Origin: Herpetosiphon aurantiacus DSM 785
GTDB lineage: Bacteria; Chloroflexota; Chloroflexia; Chloroflexales; Herpetosiphonaceae
NCBI GenBank assembly: GCA_000018565.1
Contig: CP000875.1
Coordinates: 441,199 to 505,198, forward strand
Direction of reading: 5' to 3'
DNA: 64,000 nt
The first letter of the stretch is position 1, and each line of letters opens with the position of its first letter. The notes beneath the pieces are model-generated. The model was given only the letters and a program-made list of their open reading frames with translations. It made no database searches and was not told the DNA's origin. Below are positions 38,001-45,756 of this stretch, piece by piece. The translations under genes were made by a program, and so were the position numbers.

Positions 38001-39239
38001 TCACAGTTGGAAGGTATCGCGAGCCAAAACCAAGGCTTCGGCCAAACGATCAATTTCTTCCTCAAGCGTGTATAGGTAGAATGATGCGCGTACCGTTGCT
38101 GGCACGCCAAAAATATCGTGCAATGGATGGGTGCAATGATGCCCAGCCCGCACTGCAATCCCTTGGGTATCGAGAATCGCTGCCACATCGTGGGCATGCA
38201 CACCTGCAAGGGTAAAGCTCAACAAGCCACCGCGCTCGGCAGCAGGTGGACCAAAAATGGTCAACCCATCGATGGCGCTGAGTTTATCCCAAGCGTAGTG
38301 GGTCAATTGGCGTTCGCGCTCGTGAATCGCCTGCATCCCAAGTTCATTCAAGAAGTCAATCGCCGCGCCAAGGCCAATCGCCTCGGCAATCGCTGGCGTG
38401 CCTGCCTCGAATTTCCATGGGAGATCGTTCCATGAGCTTTCGCGTAGCCCGACCCGTTTGATCATATCGCCGCCACCCATAAACGGCGGCATGGCTTCAA
38501 GCAATTCGCGCCGCGCCCACAGCACCCCAATCCCAGTTGGACCGCACATTTTATGCCCCGAAAAGGCCAAGAAATCGCAGCCAAGTGCTTGAACATTGAC
38601 GGGAATATGTGGCACACTTTGCGCCCCATCCAGCAGCACCAAGGCTCCAACCTGTTTGGCCGCCGCAATCACCCGTTCAACTGGATTGATCGTGCCCAAC
38701 ACATTCGACATGTGGGTCATGGCGACCAATTTGGTGCGTTCAGTCAATAGTTGATCAAGGTGGCTGAGATCAAGTCGGCCTTGATCATCAAGCTCGATAA
38801 AATCAAGCTCTACACCAGTTTGGGCTGCTAGCAATTGCCATGGCACTAAATTTGAATGATGCTCGCTGACTGTGAGCAAAATTCGATCGCCCGCTTGCAA
38901 ATTAGCACGGCCCCAGCTTTGGGCAACCAAGTTAATCGCTTCGGTCGCGTTGCGAGTAAAAATAATTTCTTTGGTCGATTTTGCGCCGATAAAGCGGCCA
39001 ATCGTGCGGCGCGTGCCTTCATAGGCTTCGGTGGCGGCTTCGCTAATCTGATACACACCTCGATGAACATTCGCATTAATCGTGCGATAATAGCGATCCA
39101 TCGCATCAAGCACTGCTAGCGGCTTTTGGGCAGTTGCGGTGCTATCCAAATAGGCTAGGCGATGGCCGTTAATCGATTGATCCAAGAGCGGGAATTGCTC
39201 GCGAATGGCCTGAATATCAAGGGTTGTTTGTACAGACAT
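38001..39239 (-). CDS. sufS: Cysteine desulfurase SufS
   Basis: 412 aa class V aminotransferase with the PLP-Lys region FLAFSGHKMCGPTGIGVLW and active-site RAGHHCTHP. Confidence 0.95.
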   Translation of the reverse strand: MSVQTTLDIQAIREQFPLLDQSINGHRLAYLDSTATAQKPLAVLDAMDRYYRTINANVHRGVYQISEAATEAYEGTRRTIGRFIGAKSTKEIIFTRNATEAINLVAQSWGRANLQAGDRILLTVSEHHSNLVPWQLLAAQTGVELDFIELDDQGRLDLSHLDQLLTERTKLVAMTHMSNVLGTINPVERVIAAAKQVGALVLLDGAQSVPHIPVNVQALGCDFLAFSGHKMCGPTGIGVLWARRELLEAMPPFMGGGDMIKRVGLRESSWNDLPWKFEAGTPAIAEAIGLGAAIDFLNELGMQAIHERERQLTHYAWDKLSAIDGLTIFGPPAAERGGLLSFTLAGVHAHDVAAILDTQGIAVRAGHHCTHPLHDIFGVPATVRASFYLYTLEEEIDRLAEALVLARDTFQL

Positions 39240-39284
39240 AACTCACCAATATCCGATTCCATAAAGGAAACCATGAATTGTTTA

Positions 39285-39940
39285 TTTGATCCACGAAGGA
39301 CACGAATGTTTGGATTTGGTATTTCTACCAAGCTTTATAGGCAATTAATAAAAAATTGCTTATTTATCCACGAAGGACACGAAGAGCACGAATGTTTGGC
39401 TCTTGTGATCTGTAAAAATTCATGGGCAATTAACGAGTTGATAGTAACGTCAACGAACTAAGCGTTTCCATTCCAACTTGCCAAGACTACCAAAATTAAT
39501 CAATAGACCAACCCGAAACTGGGTTGCTTTGAGATAATTAATCAGTTGCGCTTCTTCGAGAGTTGTCAAACGATTTAGCGCTTTTAGCTCAACAATAATT
39601 TGGTTGTAACAAATAAAATCAGCAATATAGGTTTTTGGAGTAATTGCTGTTTATAACGAATTGCCAAAGGTGTTTGGGCTGCAAACTGAATTTGGCGTTG
39701 TGCCAACTCTAATGCAAGTGCTTCTTGATAAACAGCCTCTAAAAAGCCACTACCCAACTCGCGATGCACTTCAATCGCCGCCCCAACCACCGCGAACACT
39801 TCGTCTGCCAAAAGAATCGTTGCCATCCACGCCTCCCAAAAATAGTTAGTTCGTCGCTGTAACTAGATACATAAACTAACTATTTTTGGGATCACACAAA
39901 AAACATCCTTCGTGTCCTTCGTGCCCTTCGTGGATCAAAT
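39285..39940. mobile_element. Inverted-repeat-flanked roughly 650-bp insert in the sufD-sufS spacer carrying a GxxExxY-family gene (MITE-like or IVS-like element)
   Basis: The left arm has two copies of TTTGATCCACGAAGGACACGAA(GAGCACGAA)TGTTTGG (39285-39313 and 39361-39399). The right arm has the inverted copy AAACATCCTTCGTGTCCTTCGTGCCCTTCGTGGATCAAAT (39901-39940). It ends 3 bp before the sufD stop. Confidence 0.5.
39450..39826 (-). pseudogene. GxxExxY-family protein gene with a -1/+1 frameshift at an A5 run (around 39615-39625)
   Basis: Frame A encodes [61 protein letters not shown]. The conserved C-terminal half, [62 protein letters not shown], continues in another frame, and together they total about 125 aa. 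Confidence 0.65.
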
Positions 39941-39942
39941 CG

Positions 39943-41133
39943 TTAGACTTTTTCGGCGACGATGGTTTCGACCCGTTCGCGGACAGCTTCATCAGGAATC
40001 ATATCGATGATTTCGCCGACAAAGCCCAACACGATCGTGCGCTTGGCTTCGGCAAACGGCAAACCGCGTGATTGCAGATAGAACAACTGCTCTTCGTCGA
40101 TTTGGCCGCTGGTTGAGCCGTGGCCTGCCTTAACTTCATTGGCATCAATCTCCAAGCCTGGAATTGAATCCGAGCGTGAATTTTTGCTCAAGTGCAAGGC
40201 ATTTTCGCGCAAGTCGGAGTTGGTTCCTTGTCCAGTGGCAGGGATTTTGACCATGCCATCGAAAACGGCATAGGCTTCATCATCAACCACGGTTTTGAAG
40301 TTGATTTGGCCTTCGGTATTCAAGCCAATGTGATTGAGCTTGGGCGCAACCAGCAAGTTTTGCTTGCCATTGCCATACAACAAGCCATTCCAATTGACGC
40401 TTGAGCCGTTGCCGCTCAAATTGGCTTCCAAGGTTACGTGCTGCACAGCGCTACCAACCACCACGTTGAGCCATTCGGCTTGGGCATCGCGGTTGATACG
40501 AATTTGTTGGCTGCCCAACAGATAGACATTGCTGTTCAAGGTTTGCACGCTGCTGAAGCCAACTTGGCCACCATCGCCAACCTCAATTTCAGCCCCGGTC
40601 AAGACCACTGCGCTACCGGCAAAATCAGCTGAGCTAATTTCTTCGATCACGTTGATCGAGCTATGGCGCTCGGTGACGATTAATGTGCGGGGGGCGACAA
40701 CCGTGCCAGCATTGCTGAGGTGATAGCGAATCCGCACCAACTCTTCAACCGCAACATCTTTGGCAACGTGAATAAAAATCCCGCCGTTGACCAAAGCATT
40801 ATTGAGCGCTGAAAATGGATCGCGGCTGGTTTGGACGGCGCTGCCAAGCACTCGTTGCACCAATTCGGCGTGGCTTTGAATCGCTTCGGCTAAAGGCAGA
40901 ATCGTCACGCCTTCCGCGCCAGCAAAATCAACTGAAACTTCGGCCTCAGCCAGCGTGTAATCAGCGATATTGAAGCCCTTCAAATTGGTTCGTCGCCAAT
41001 CTGGTTGCTCAGCGGTTTCGAATGCTTCCCAAGCTTCGCGACGGCGGCTGGTCAGCCAGCTTGGCTCGTTGCGACTGGCCAACAAAGCCTCAAATTGCGC
41101 CAGATCAAAGGTAGATTGCAAATTAGCTGGCAT
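39943..41133 (-). CDS. sufD: Fe-S cluster assembly protein SufD
   Basis: 396-aa SufB/D-family beta-helix protein lying between sufC and sufS and overlapping sufC by 11 bp. Confidence 0.9.
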   Translation of the reverse strand: MPANLQSTFDLAQFEALLASRNEPSWLTSRRREAWEAFETAEQPDWRRTNLKGFNIADYTLAEAEVSVDFAGAEGVTILPLAEAIQSHAELVQRVLGSAVQTSRDPFSALNNALVNGGIFIHVAKDVAVEELVRIRYHLSNAGTVVAPRTLIVTERHSSINVIEEISSADFAGSAVVLTGAEIEVGDGGQVGFSSVQTLNSNVYLLGSQQIRINRDAQAEWLNVVVGSAVQHVTLEANLSGNGSSVNWNGLLYGNGKQNLLVAPKLNHIGLNTEGQINFKTVVDDEAYAVFDGMVKIPATGQGTNSDLRENALHLSKNSRSDSIPGLEIDANEVKAGHGSTSGQIDEEQLFYLQSRGLPFAEAKRTIVLGFVGEIIDMIPDEAVRERVETIVAEKV

Positions 41134-41914
41134 TGCCGAACACTTCCTCTCGAATGAAATCGTAACCTTTTTCTTCGAGTTCTAAGGCCATGTCGGGGCC
41201 GCCTTCGCGCACAATTTGGCCGTTCATCAAAACGTGCACATAATCGGGCTTGATGTAGTTGAGCAAGCGTTGGTAGTGGGTAATCACCAACACGCCTAAT
41301 TCAGGTTTTTCAGCTTTAACTTTGTTGACACCTTCGGCCACAATCTTCAAAGCGTCGATATCAAGGCCTGAGTCGGTTTCGTCCATGATTGCCATAGCTG
41401 GCTGCAACATGGCCATTTGCAAAATTTCGAGGCGTTTCTTTTCACCGCCTGAGAAACCTTCGTTCAAATAGCGGCGGGCAAAGTCAGGAGCCATTTCCAA
41501 CATATCCATTCGGGCTTTGATCACTTTGCGATATTCAGCCATTGGAATGGCGGTTGATTTGGGATCAACGCCTTCTTGAGCGCGATGGGCATTCAAGGCT
41601 GCTCGCAAGAAATTGGCAACAGTTACGCCAGCTACCGCCACTGGATATTGGAAGGCCAAGAATAAGCCCAATTTTGAACGATCATTTGGTTCGAGATCAA
41701 GCACATCTTGGCCTTTGTACCAAACTTCGCCTTCGGTCACTTCATAGCGTGGGTGACCAGCGAGGGTGTATGCCAAGGTTGACTTGCCTGAGCCATTTGG
41801 CCCCATGATGGCGTGAATTTTGCCTTCTTCGATGGTGAGATTAATGCCTTTAAGAATTTCTTTGCCATCGACCGCAACGTGCAAGTTGCGAATGACCAAA
41901 TTGTTGGCGCTCAT
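41123..41914 (-). CDS. sufC: Fe-S cluster assembly ATPase SufC
   Basis: Walker A GPNGSGKST, signature LNEGFSGGEKKR and Walker B AIMDETDSGLD. The start is at the Met with an AGGAG RBS. Confidence 0.95.
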   Translation of the reverse strand: MSANNLVIRNLHVAVDGKEILKGINLTIEEGKIHAIMGPNGSGKSTLAYTLAGHPRYEVTEGEVWYKGQDVLDLEPNDRSKLGLFLAFQYPVAVAGVTVANFLRAALNAHRAQEGVDPKSTAIPMAEYRKVIKARMDMLEMAPDFARRYLNEGFSGGEKKRLEILQMAMLQPAMAIMDETDSGLDIDALKIVAEGVNKVKAEKPELGVLVITHYQRLLNYIKPDYVHVLMNGQIVREGGPDMALELEEKGYDFIREEVFGNAS

Positions 41915-41987
41915 GACACTCCTATTCAAGATTGCTATTCAACACAACAGCATGGCATGCCCCCTGCATCGCCAGCCGCCAAAGAAC

Positions 41988-42650
41988 TTAGTTATGCTTC
42001 TCGATCCCAATCTCATCGGCTTTGATCACAAAGTGACAGCCGTTATGACCTTCGACCATGCGCCGTTGAATTTCAACTTCATGGCCGAGCGCAGTTTCCA
42101 TCATTTGACGTTCCATGCTACACAGGCTATCGTGAGTTTGGGCTACCTCAAAATAGGGGCAGGCATACTCACTCACCACCCATCCACCGCCAGGCGATTC
42201 GGCTACATTGATCGACATCCCTTTGCGGTTCATCGTGTAGACGAATTGCATCAAACGCTCACGCAAAGCCACGTTGGCTGGATGATCGCCCGTGTAGAGC
42301 GTTGCCAAGCGTGTGCCCACCCGACTGAGCAATTGAGCCATACCTTCTGGACCTTCGGTCGCCAAAATTTCTTCCAGCAACACATTCAAAAGCACATCGT
42401 AGCCCTTAGGAAAGAGCGATTGGGCCTTAGCAGTCAGGGTATAGCGGTAGGAAGGGCGGCCTGGTCCTTGGCGAATTTTGGTTGGTGCAATGAGGCCTTG
42501 GTTGGTGAGATGGGTTAGTTGCTCGCGCACCGCAGTTGTGCTCACAGCCAGCGCATCTTCCAATTCCTTGACAGTCGCTGAACCTTTACGCTGAATGTAG
42601 CTCACAATATCGCCGGCGGGCGTTCCTTCTCGGATACCAAACACGGTCAT
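41988..42650 (-). CDS. sufR: SufR-like winged-helix transcriptional regulator with C-terminal Cys cluster
   Basis: An N-terminal DeoR/ArsR-type HTH (DIVSYIQRKGSATVKELEDALAVSTTAVREQLTHL) and C-terminal Cys residues (CPYFE...CSMERQ...GCHFV). It sits directly upstream of sufC. Confidence 0.6.
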   Translation of the reverse strand: MTVFGIREGTPAGDIVSYIQRKGSATVKELEDALAVSTTAVREQLTHLTNQGLIAPTKIRQGPGRPSYRYTLTAKAQSLFPKGYDVLLNVLLEEILATEGPEGMAQLLSRVGTRLATLYTGDHPANVALRERLMQFVYTMNRKGMSINVAESPGGGWVVSEYACPYFEVAQTHDSLCSMERQMMETALGHEVEIQRRMVEGHNGCHFVIKADEIGIEKHN

Positions 42651-42698
42651 AGATACCTCGCATTATGCCTTTGACCATACCGTCGCATAGTTATTGAG

Positions 42699-42722
42699 AA
42701 TGATTATAAATCGAGAATCATT
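42699..42722. promoter_or_regulatory. Perfect inverted repeat AATGATT-N10-AATCATT in the sufR upstream region (candidate SufR operator)
   Basis: Palindrome seen at 42699-42705 / 42716-42722, about 50 bp upstream of the sufR start. Confidence 0.3.
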
Positions 42723-42877
42723 TTCTGTCAATAAAATCGGAAAAAACCGCGTTTATTCTAGTATGGTACGATTTTGCGGTAAAAAGCGGCTGTTTTAGGC
42801 GAATTTTCAAGCCATGCCAAGTAAGCCAAGGCCTTTTTTAGCCTAAGCTCGCAGGAAATGCCAAAATGAGCAGTTGA

Positions 42878-43273
42878 TTAAGCGGCTAATAATTCTTGAT
42901 GCAGGCGTTGTAGTTGCGCCAAAGTCCGTTGAGTACGGGGGTGTTGTTCGCCAAAACGGGCGAGATCGCCTTGCAAACGAACTTCGACGGTTTGGAGATT
43001 GCGGCGGCGATTGAGCCAGCGTTGGTAATGGGCAGTGGCTTGGCGATATACAGCTTGGGCTTGGGCCAAAATTGCGTTGCCATACATCGCGCCCAGCAAA
43101 CACCACAAATGTTTATCGCTGGCCAAGGGGCGGGCATTGGCTGGATTGGTGCGCCATGCCTTGAGCAAACGTGTATTGGCATTGACAGCACTCCGAATTT
43201 GCTCAGCCTCGCTTGATGAATAGCGTTCAGCAAACCATTGCAATACTGCTTCAATTCCAGTTATTGGATGCAT
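42878..43273 (-). CDS. Hypothetical protein
   Basis: The ORF shows coding-like composition. The start is taken at the Met (MHPITGIEA...). I recognise no domain. Confidence 0.35.
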   Translation of the reverse strand: MHPITGIEAVLQWFAERYSSSEAEQIRSAVNANTRLLKAWRTNPANARPLASDKHLWCLLGAMYGNAILAQAQAVYRQATAHYQRWLNRRRNLQTVEVRLQGDLARFGEQHPRTQRTLAQLQRLHQELLAA

Positions 43274-43403
43274 CACAGACCTCCTAGCCAATGTTGGATT
43301 TGAGCATAGCAGCAAGTTGTGACAACAACTGTCACAATCTTTTGTCACAATCTTCATTCAGGGGTATAGTTGCGCTCAATCGAAGGTCACTGTTGAAAGG
43401 ATT

Positions 43404-44822
43404 ATGCTCATGGTTTGGTTGAGGGTCGCCCTAGTTGGGCTGTTGGTAGCGATCGTGCTGGGGAGCATACCCCAAGCCCAAGCTGCTGATCAAGGCTCTA
43501 CAGAACATATTTTTGGTGAAGGCGAGGGTGATCCAGCAGGTGCATTTCAGGTTCTGCGGCTGCATCCTATCCCAACCTCAATGAATTTTGGCGATGCGGT
43601 GCGTGGGGTCGCCAGTGGTGATAGTTGGTTAGTTGGGGTTGGCCAAAAAACCTTTTTTTCGCTTGATGCAGGCAATCATTGGCAGCAACTCGATCCATTG
43701 ACGCTGTTTCCGGCGGCGGCAGGCGGCCTATGTTGCCAACAAGCTTTTGCCTATGATTATGGCCGTGATTTATTTATTTGGTTGTTGCAGTATGCACCTG
43801 ATGCCCAGCGTGGGCTTGTGCGCATTGGCTACACCGATAGTGCTGGCTTGGCCGAACAAGCATGGGAATGGTACGACGTGCCCGCCGCCCAAGGCTTTAC
43901 TTGGGTTGACCCACAACTTGAACTCAGCGCTAACCAAATTTGGCTGGCGATGGAGCGGCAGGCAGTCGGCGGGGCCATTGATAGTACATGGGTCAGCCAG
44001 ATTCAAACTGATACGCTTGAAGACGATTTACCCTTTATTCGGAGTTATTCCTCAAGCACTGAGCGGGCTTGGCACTTGGTGCGGGGTGCTAAAGATATGA
44101 TGTATTTTGCAACCCACATCAATCAAACCAGCCTACGGGTGTATGCTTGGGATGAGAACCAACCAATTCCAACTAGTAGCGATCTCAATGTTGCTGAATG
44201 GACAGCTGGCGCACGCATTTGCCCAACGCCAGATCAGCGCAATTGGTGTAGCGATGATGATGGGCGAATCCGCGCAGGTTGGGTGGCTAAGGGCACTGTT
44301 GGTTTTATGTGGAATGCAGTTTCCAGCAATACCATTACCTTTCCCTATATTGATGCGGTGCGAATGTATGAACGTGATCTGAGCTTATTACCATTCAGTT
44401 TAGCGCGGCCATTTATTTTCAATGCCCAAAACGGCTTCTCGCTGCCGAGTGTGGCAGTCAATGGGCGTGATGATGTAGCGGTAAGTTTTTATCACAGCAG
44501 TACCAAACAATATCCGACGCTTTCGAGCAGCATTTTTGATGATTTTACTGCGCCACCACCAGGCTGGGCCTATTACAACGTACAAGGGAGCAGCACCACG
44601 CCAAGCCAACAGCACTGGGTTGGTCAACTCGACACCCAAGTATTCAGCCCAACAAACCTTGGCTGGAGCGTGACTGGTGCGCGTTTGAACGGCTGTGATG
44701 AGGCACGTTGTTTACAACCATTCATTGCGATTTTCAGCCGCGAGCGAGATCGTCCAGCGATTGAACGCTGGCTTAGCCCAGTGCGCTATGAACTTTTCAC
44801 CCCATTTGTTCAAATGAACTAA
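43404..44822 (+). CDS. Secreted hypothetical protein (signal peptide; Asp-box-like motif, possible beta-propeller)
   Basis: N-terminal signal ...SIPQAQA and an S-x-D-x-G-x-x-W-like SLDAGNHW. It is rich in W/G/S/T. Confidence 0.5.
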   Translation: MLMVWLRVALVGLLVAIVLGSIPQAQAADQGSTEHIFGEGEGDPAGAFQVLRLHPIPTSMNFGDAVRGVASGDSWLVGVGQKTFFSLDAGNHWQQLDPLTLFPAAAGGLCCQQAFAYDYGRDLFIWLLQYAPDAQRGLVRIGYTDSAGLAEQAWEWYDVPAAQGFTWVDPQLELSANQIWLAMERQAVGGAIDSTWVSQIQTDTLEDDLPFIRSYSSSTERAWHLVRGAKDMMYFATHINQTSLRVYAWDENQPIPTSSDLNVAEWTAGARICPTPDQRNWCSDDDGRIRAGWVAKGTVGFMWNAVSSNTITFPYIDAVRMYERDLSLLPFSLARPFIFNAQNGFSLPSVAVNGRDDVAVSFYHSSTKQYPTLSSSIFDDFTAPPPGWAYYNVQGSSTTPSQQHWVGQLDTQVFSPTNLGWSVTGARLNGCDEARCLQPFIAIFSRERDRPAIERWLSPVRYELFTPFVQMN

Positions 44823-44831
44823 ACAACAAAA

Positions 44832-44857
44832 AACCACTGGTTTTTCAACCAGTGGTT
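44832..44857. terminator. Bidirectional hairpin terminator (AACCACTGG-N8-CCAGTGGTT)
   Basis: A perfect 9-bp stem. On the - strand it is followed by TTTTTTGTTGTTT immediately after tRNA-Phe. On the + strand it follows the 43404-44822 gene. Confidence 0.6.
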
Positions 44858-44862
44858 TGATT

Positions 44863-44938
44863 TGGTGCCACCTTCCGGGCTCGAACCGGAGACCCTACAA
44901 TTTTCAGTCGTATGCTCTACCAACTGAGCTAAAGTGGC
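44863..44938 (-). tRNA. tRNA-Phe (GAA)
   Basis: Hand-folded cloverleaf GCCACTTTAGCTCAGTTGGTAGAGCATACGACTGAAAATTGTAGGGTCTCCGGTTCGAGCCCGGAAGGTGGCACCA with encoded CCA. Confidence 0.8.
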
Positions 44939-44940
44939 AT

Positions 44941-45016
44941 TGGTGGGTGATGAGGGACTCGAACCCCCGACCTACTCGGTGTAAACGAGACGCTCTACCA
45001 ACTGAGCTAATCACCC
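44941..45016 (-). tRNA. tRNA-Val (TAC)
   Basis: GGGTGATTAGCTCAGTTGGTAGAGCGTCTCGTTTACACCGAGTAGGTCGGGGGTTCGAGTCCCTCATCACCCACCA, with anticodon loop TTTACAC. Confidence 0.75.
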
Positions 45017-45036
45017 ATCTGATTGAATAACGATTT

Positions 45037-45123
45037 TGGTGCCCAGAGTGGGACTTGAACCCACACGAGATTGCTCCCACTACCCCCTCAAAGTAGCGCG
45101 TCTGCCAATTCCGCCACCTGGGC
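45037..45123 (-). tRNA. tRNA-Leu (GAG), long variable arm
   Basis: GCCCAGGTGGCGGAATTGGCAGACGCGCTACTTTGAGGGGGTAGTGGGAGCAATCTCGTGTGGGTTCAAGTCCCACTCTGGGCACCA. 87 nt, a class II tRNA. Confidence 0.7.
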
Positions 45124-45268
45124 AGGTGGTTTGCAACATTTGGTTTGTGTTGCATTTCGTTATTCAATTGTTTAGTGCCGTGGTATTATAATCAGCTTTG
45201 GCTTTCTTGTCAAATTTTATATTCCCTGCGCCAAATCTGCTCAATTAACTCGCAACGTTGCTTCAATT

Positions 45269-45700
45269 TCAGGCTTGATTATTGAAGATTTCCATCCATG
45301 GCTCGGCTGAGACAATTGGGATAAAACCAACTTGAGCATACAAGCCATGGGCATTTCTGGTTGCTAACAGCCAACGGCGTAAGCCTTGCAAATCAGGGTG
45401 AGCCAGCACGGTTTGCACCAACCATTTGCCAAGGCCATGACCACGATGTTCAGCCAAAATATAAACATCGGCCAGATAGGCAAATACTGCATAGTCAGTC
45501 ACTACACGAGCTAAACCTATTTGCTGTTGATTGTAATACACCCCGAAGCAAAATGAATGAGTTAGTGAACGCACAATTGTTGTCGGTTGGCGTTGAGCTG
45601 CCCAATACGTTTCATGTAAAGCAGCAATGATCGCCGTATGATCAAGCCGAGCTGAATCAGTGCTGATTGTATAGTCACCCTTTTGCCATTCCATAGTCAT
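45269..45700 (-). CDS. GNAT-family N-acetyltransferase
   Basis: Acetyl-CoA-binding motif EHRGHGLGKWLV. Confidence 0.8.
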   Translation of the reverse strand: MTMEWQKGDYTISTDSARLDHTAIIAALHETYWAAQRQPTTIVRSLTHSFCFGVYYNQQQIGLARVVTDYAVFAYLADVYILAEHRGHGLGKWLVQTVLAHPDLQGLRRWLLATRNAHGLYAQVGFIPIVSAEPWMEIFNNQA

Positions 45701-45756
45701 GCTCCCAAATAAAAACAGCCCCAGTTACAAAACTGAGGCTGTTGACATAAAAATCT

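Noticed and set aside
44904-45167. 87-aa ORF on the - strand
   Set aside because: It lies entirely over the three tRNA genes, so it is a spurious reading frame through structured RNA genes.
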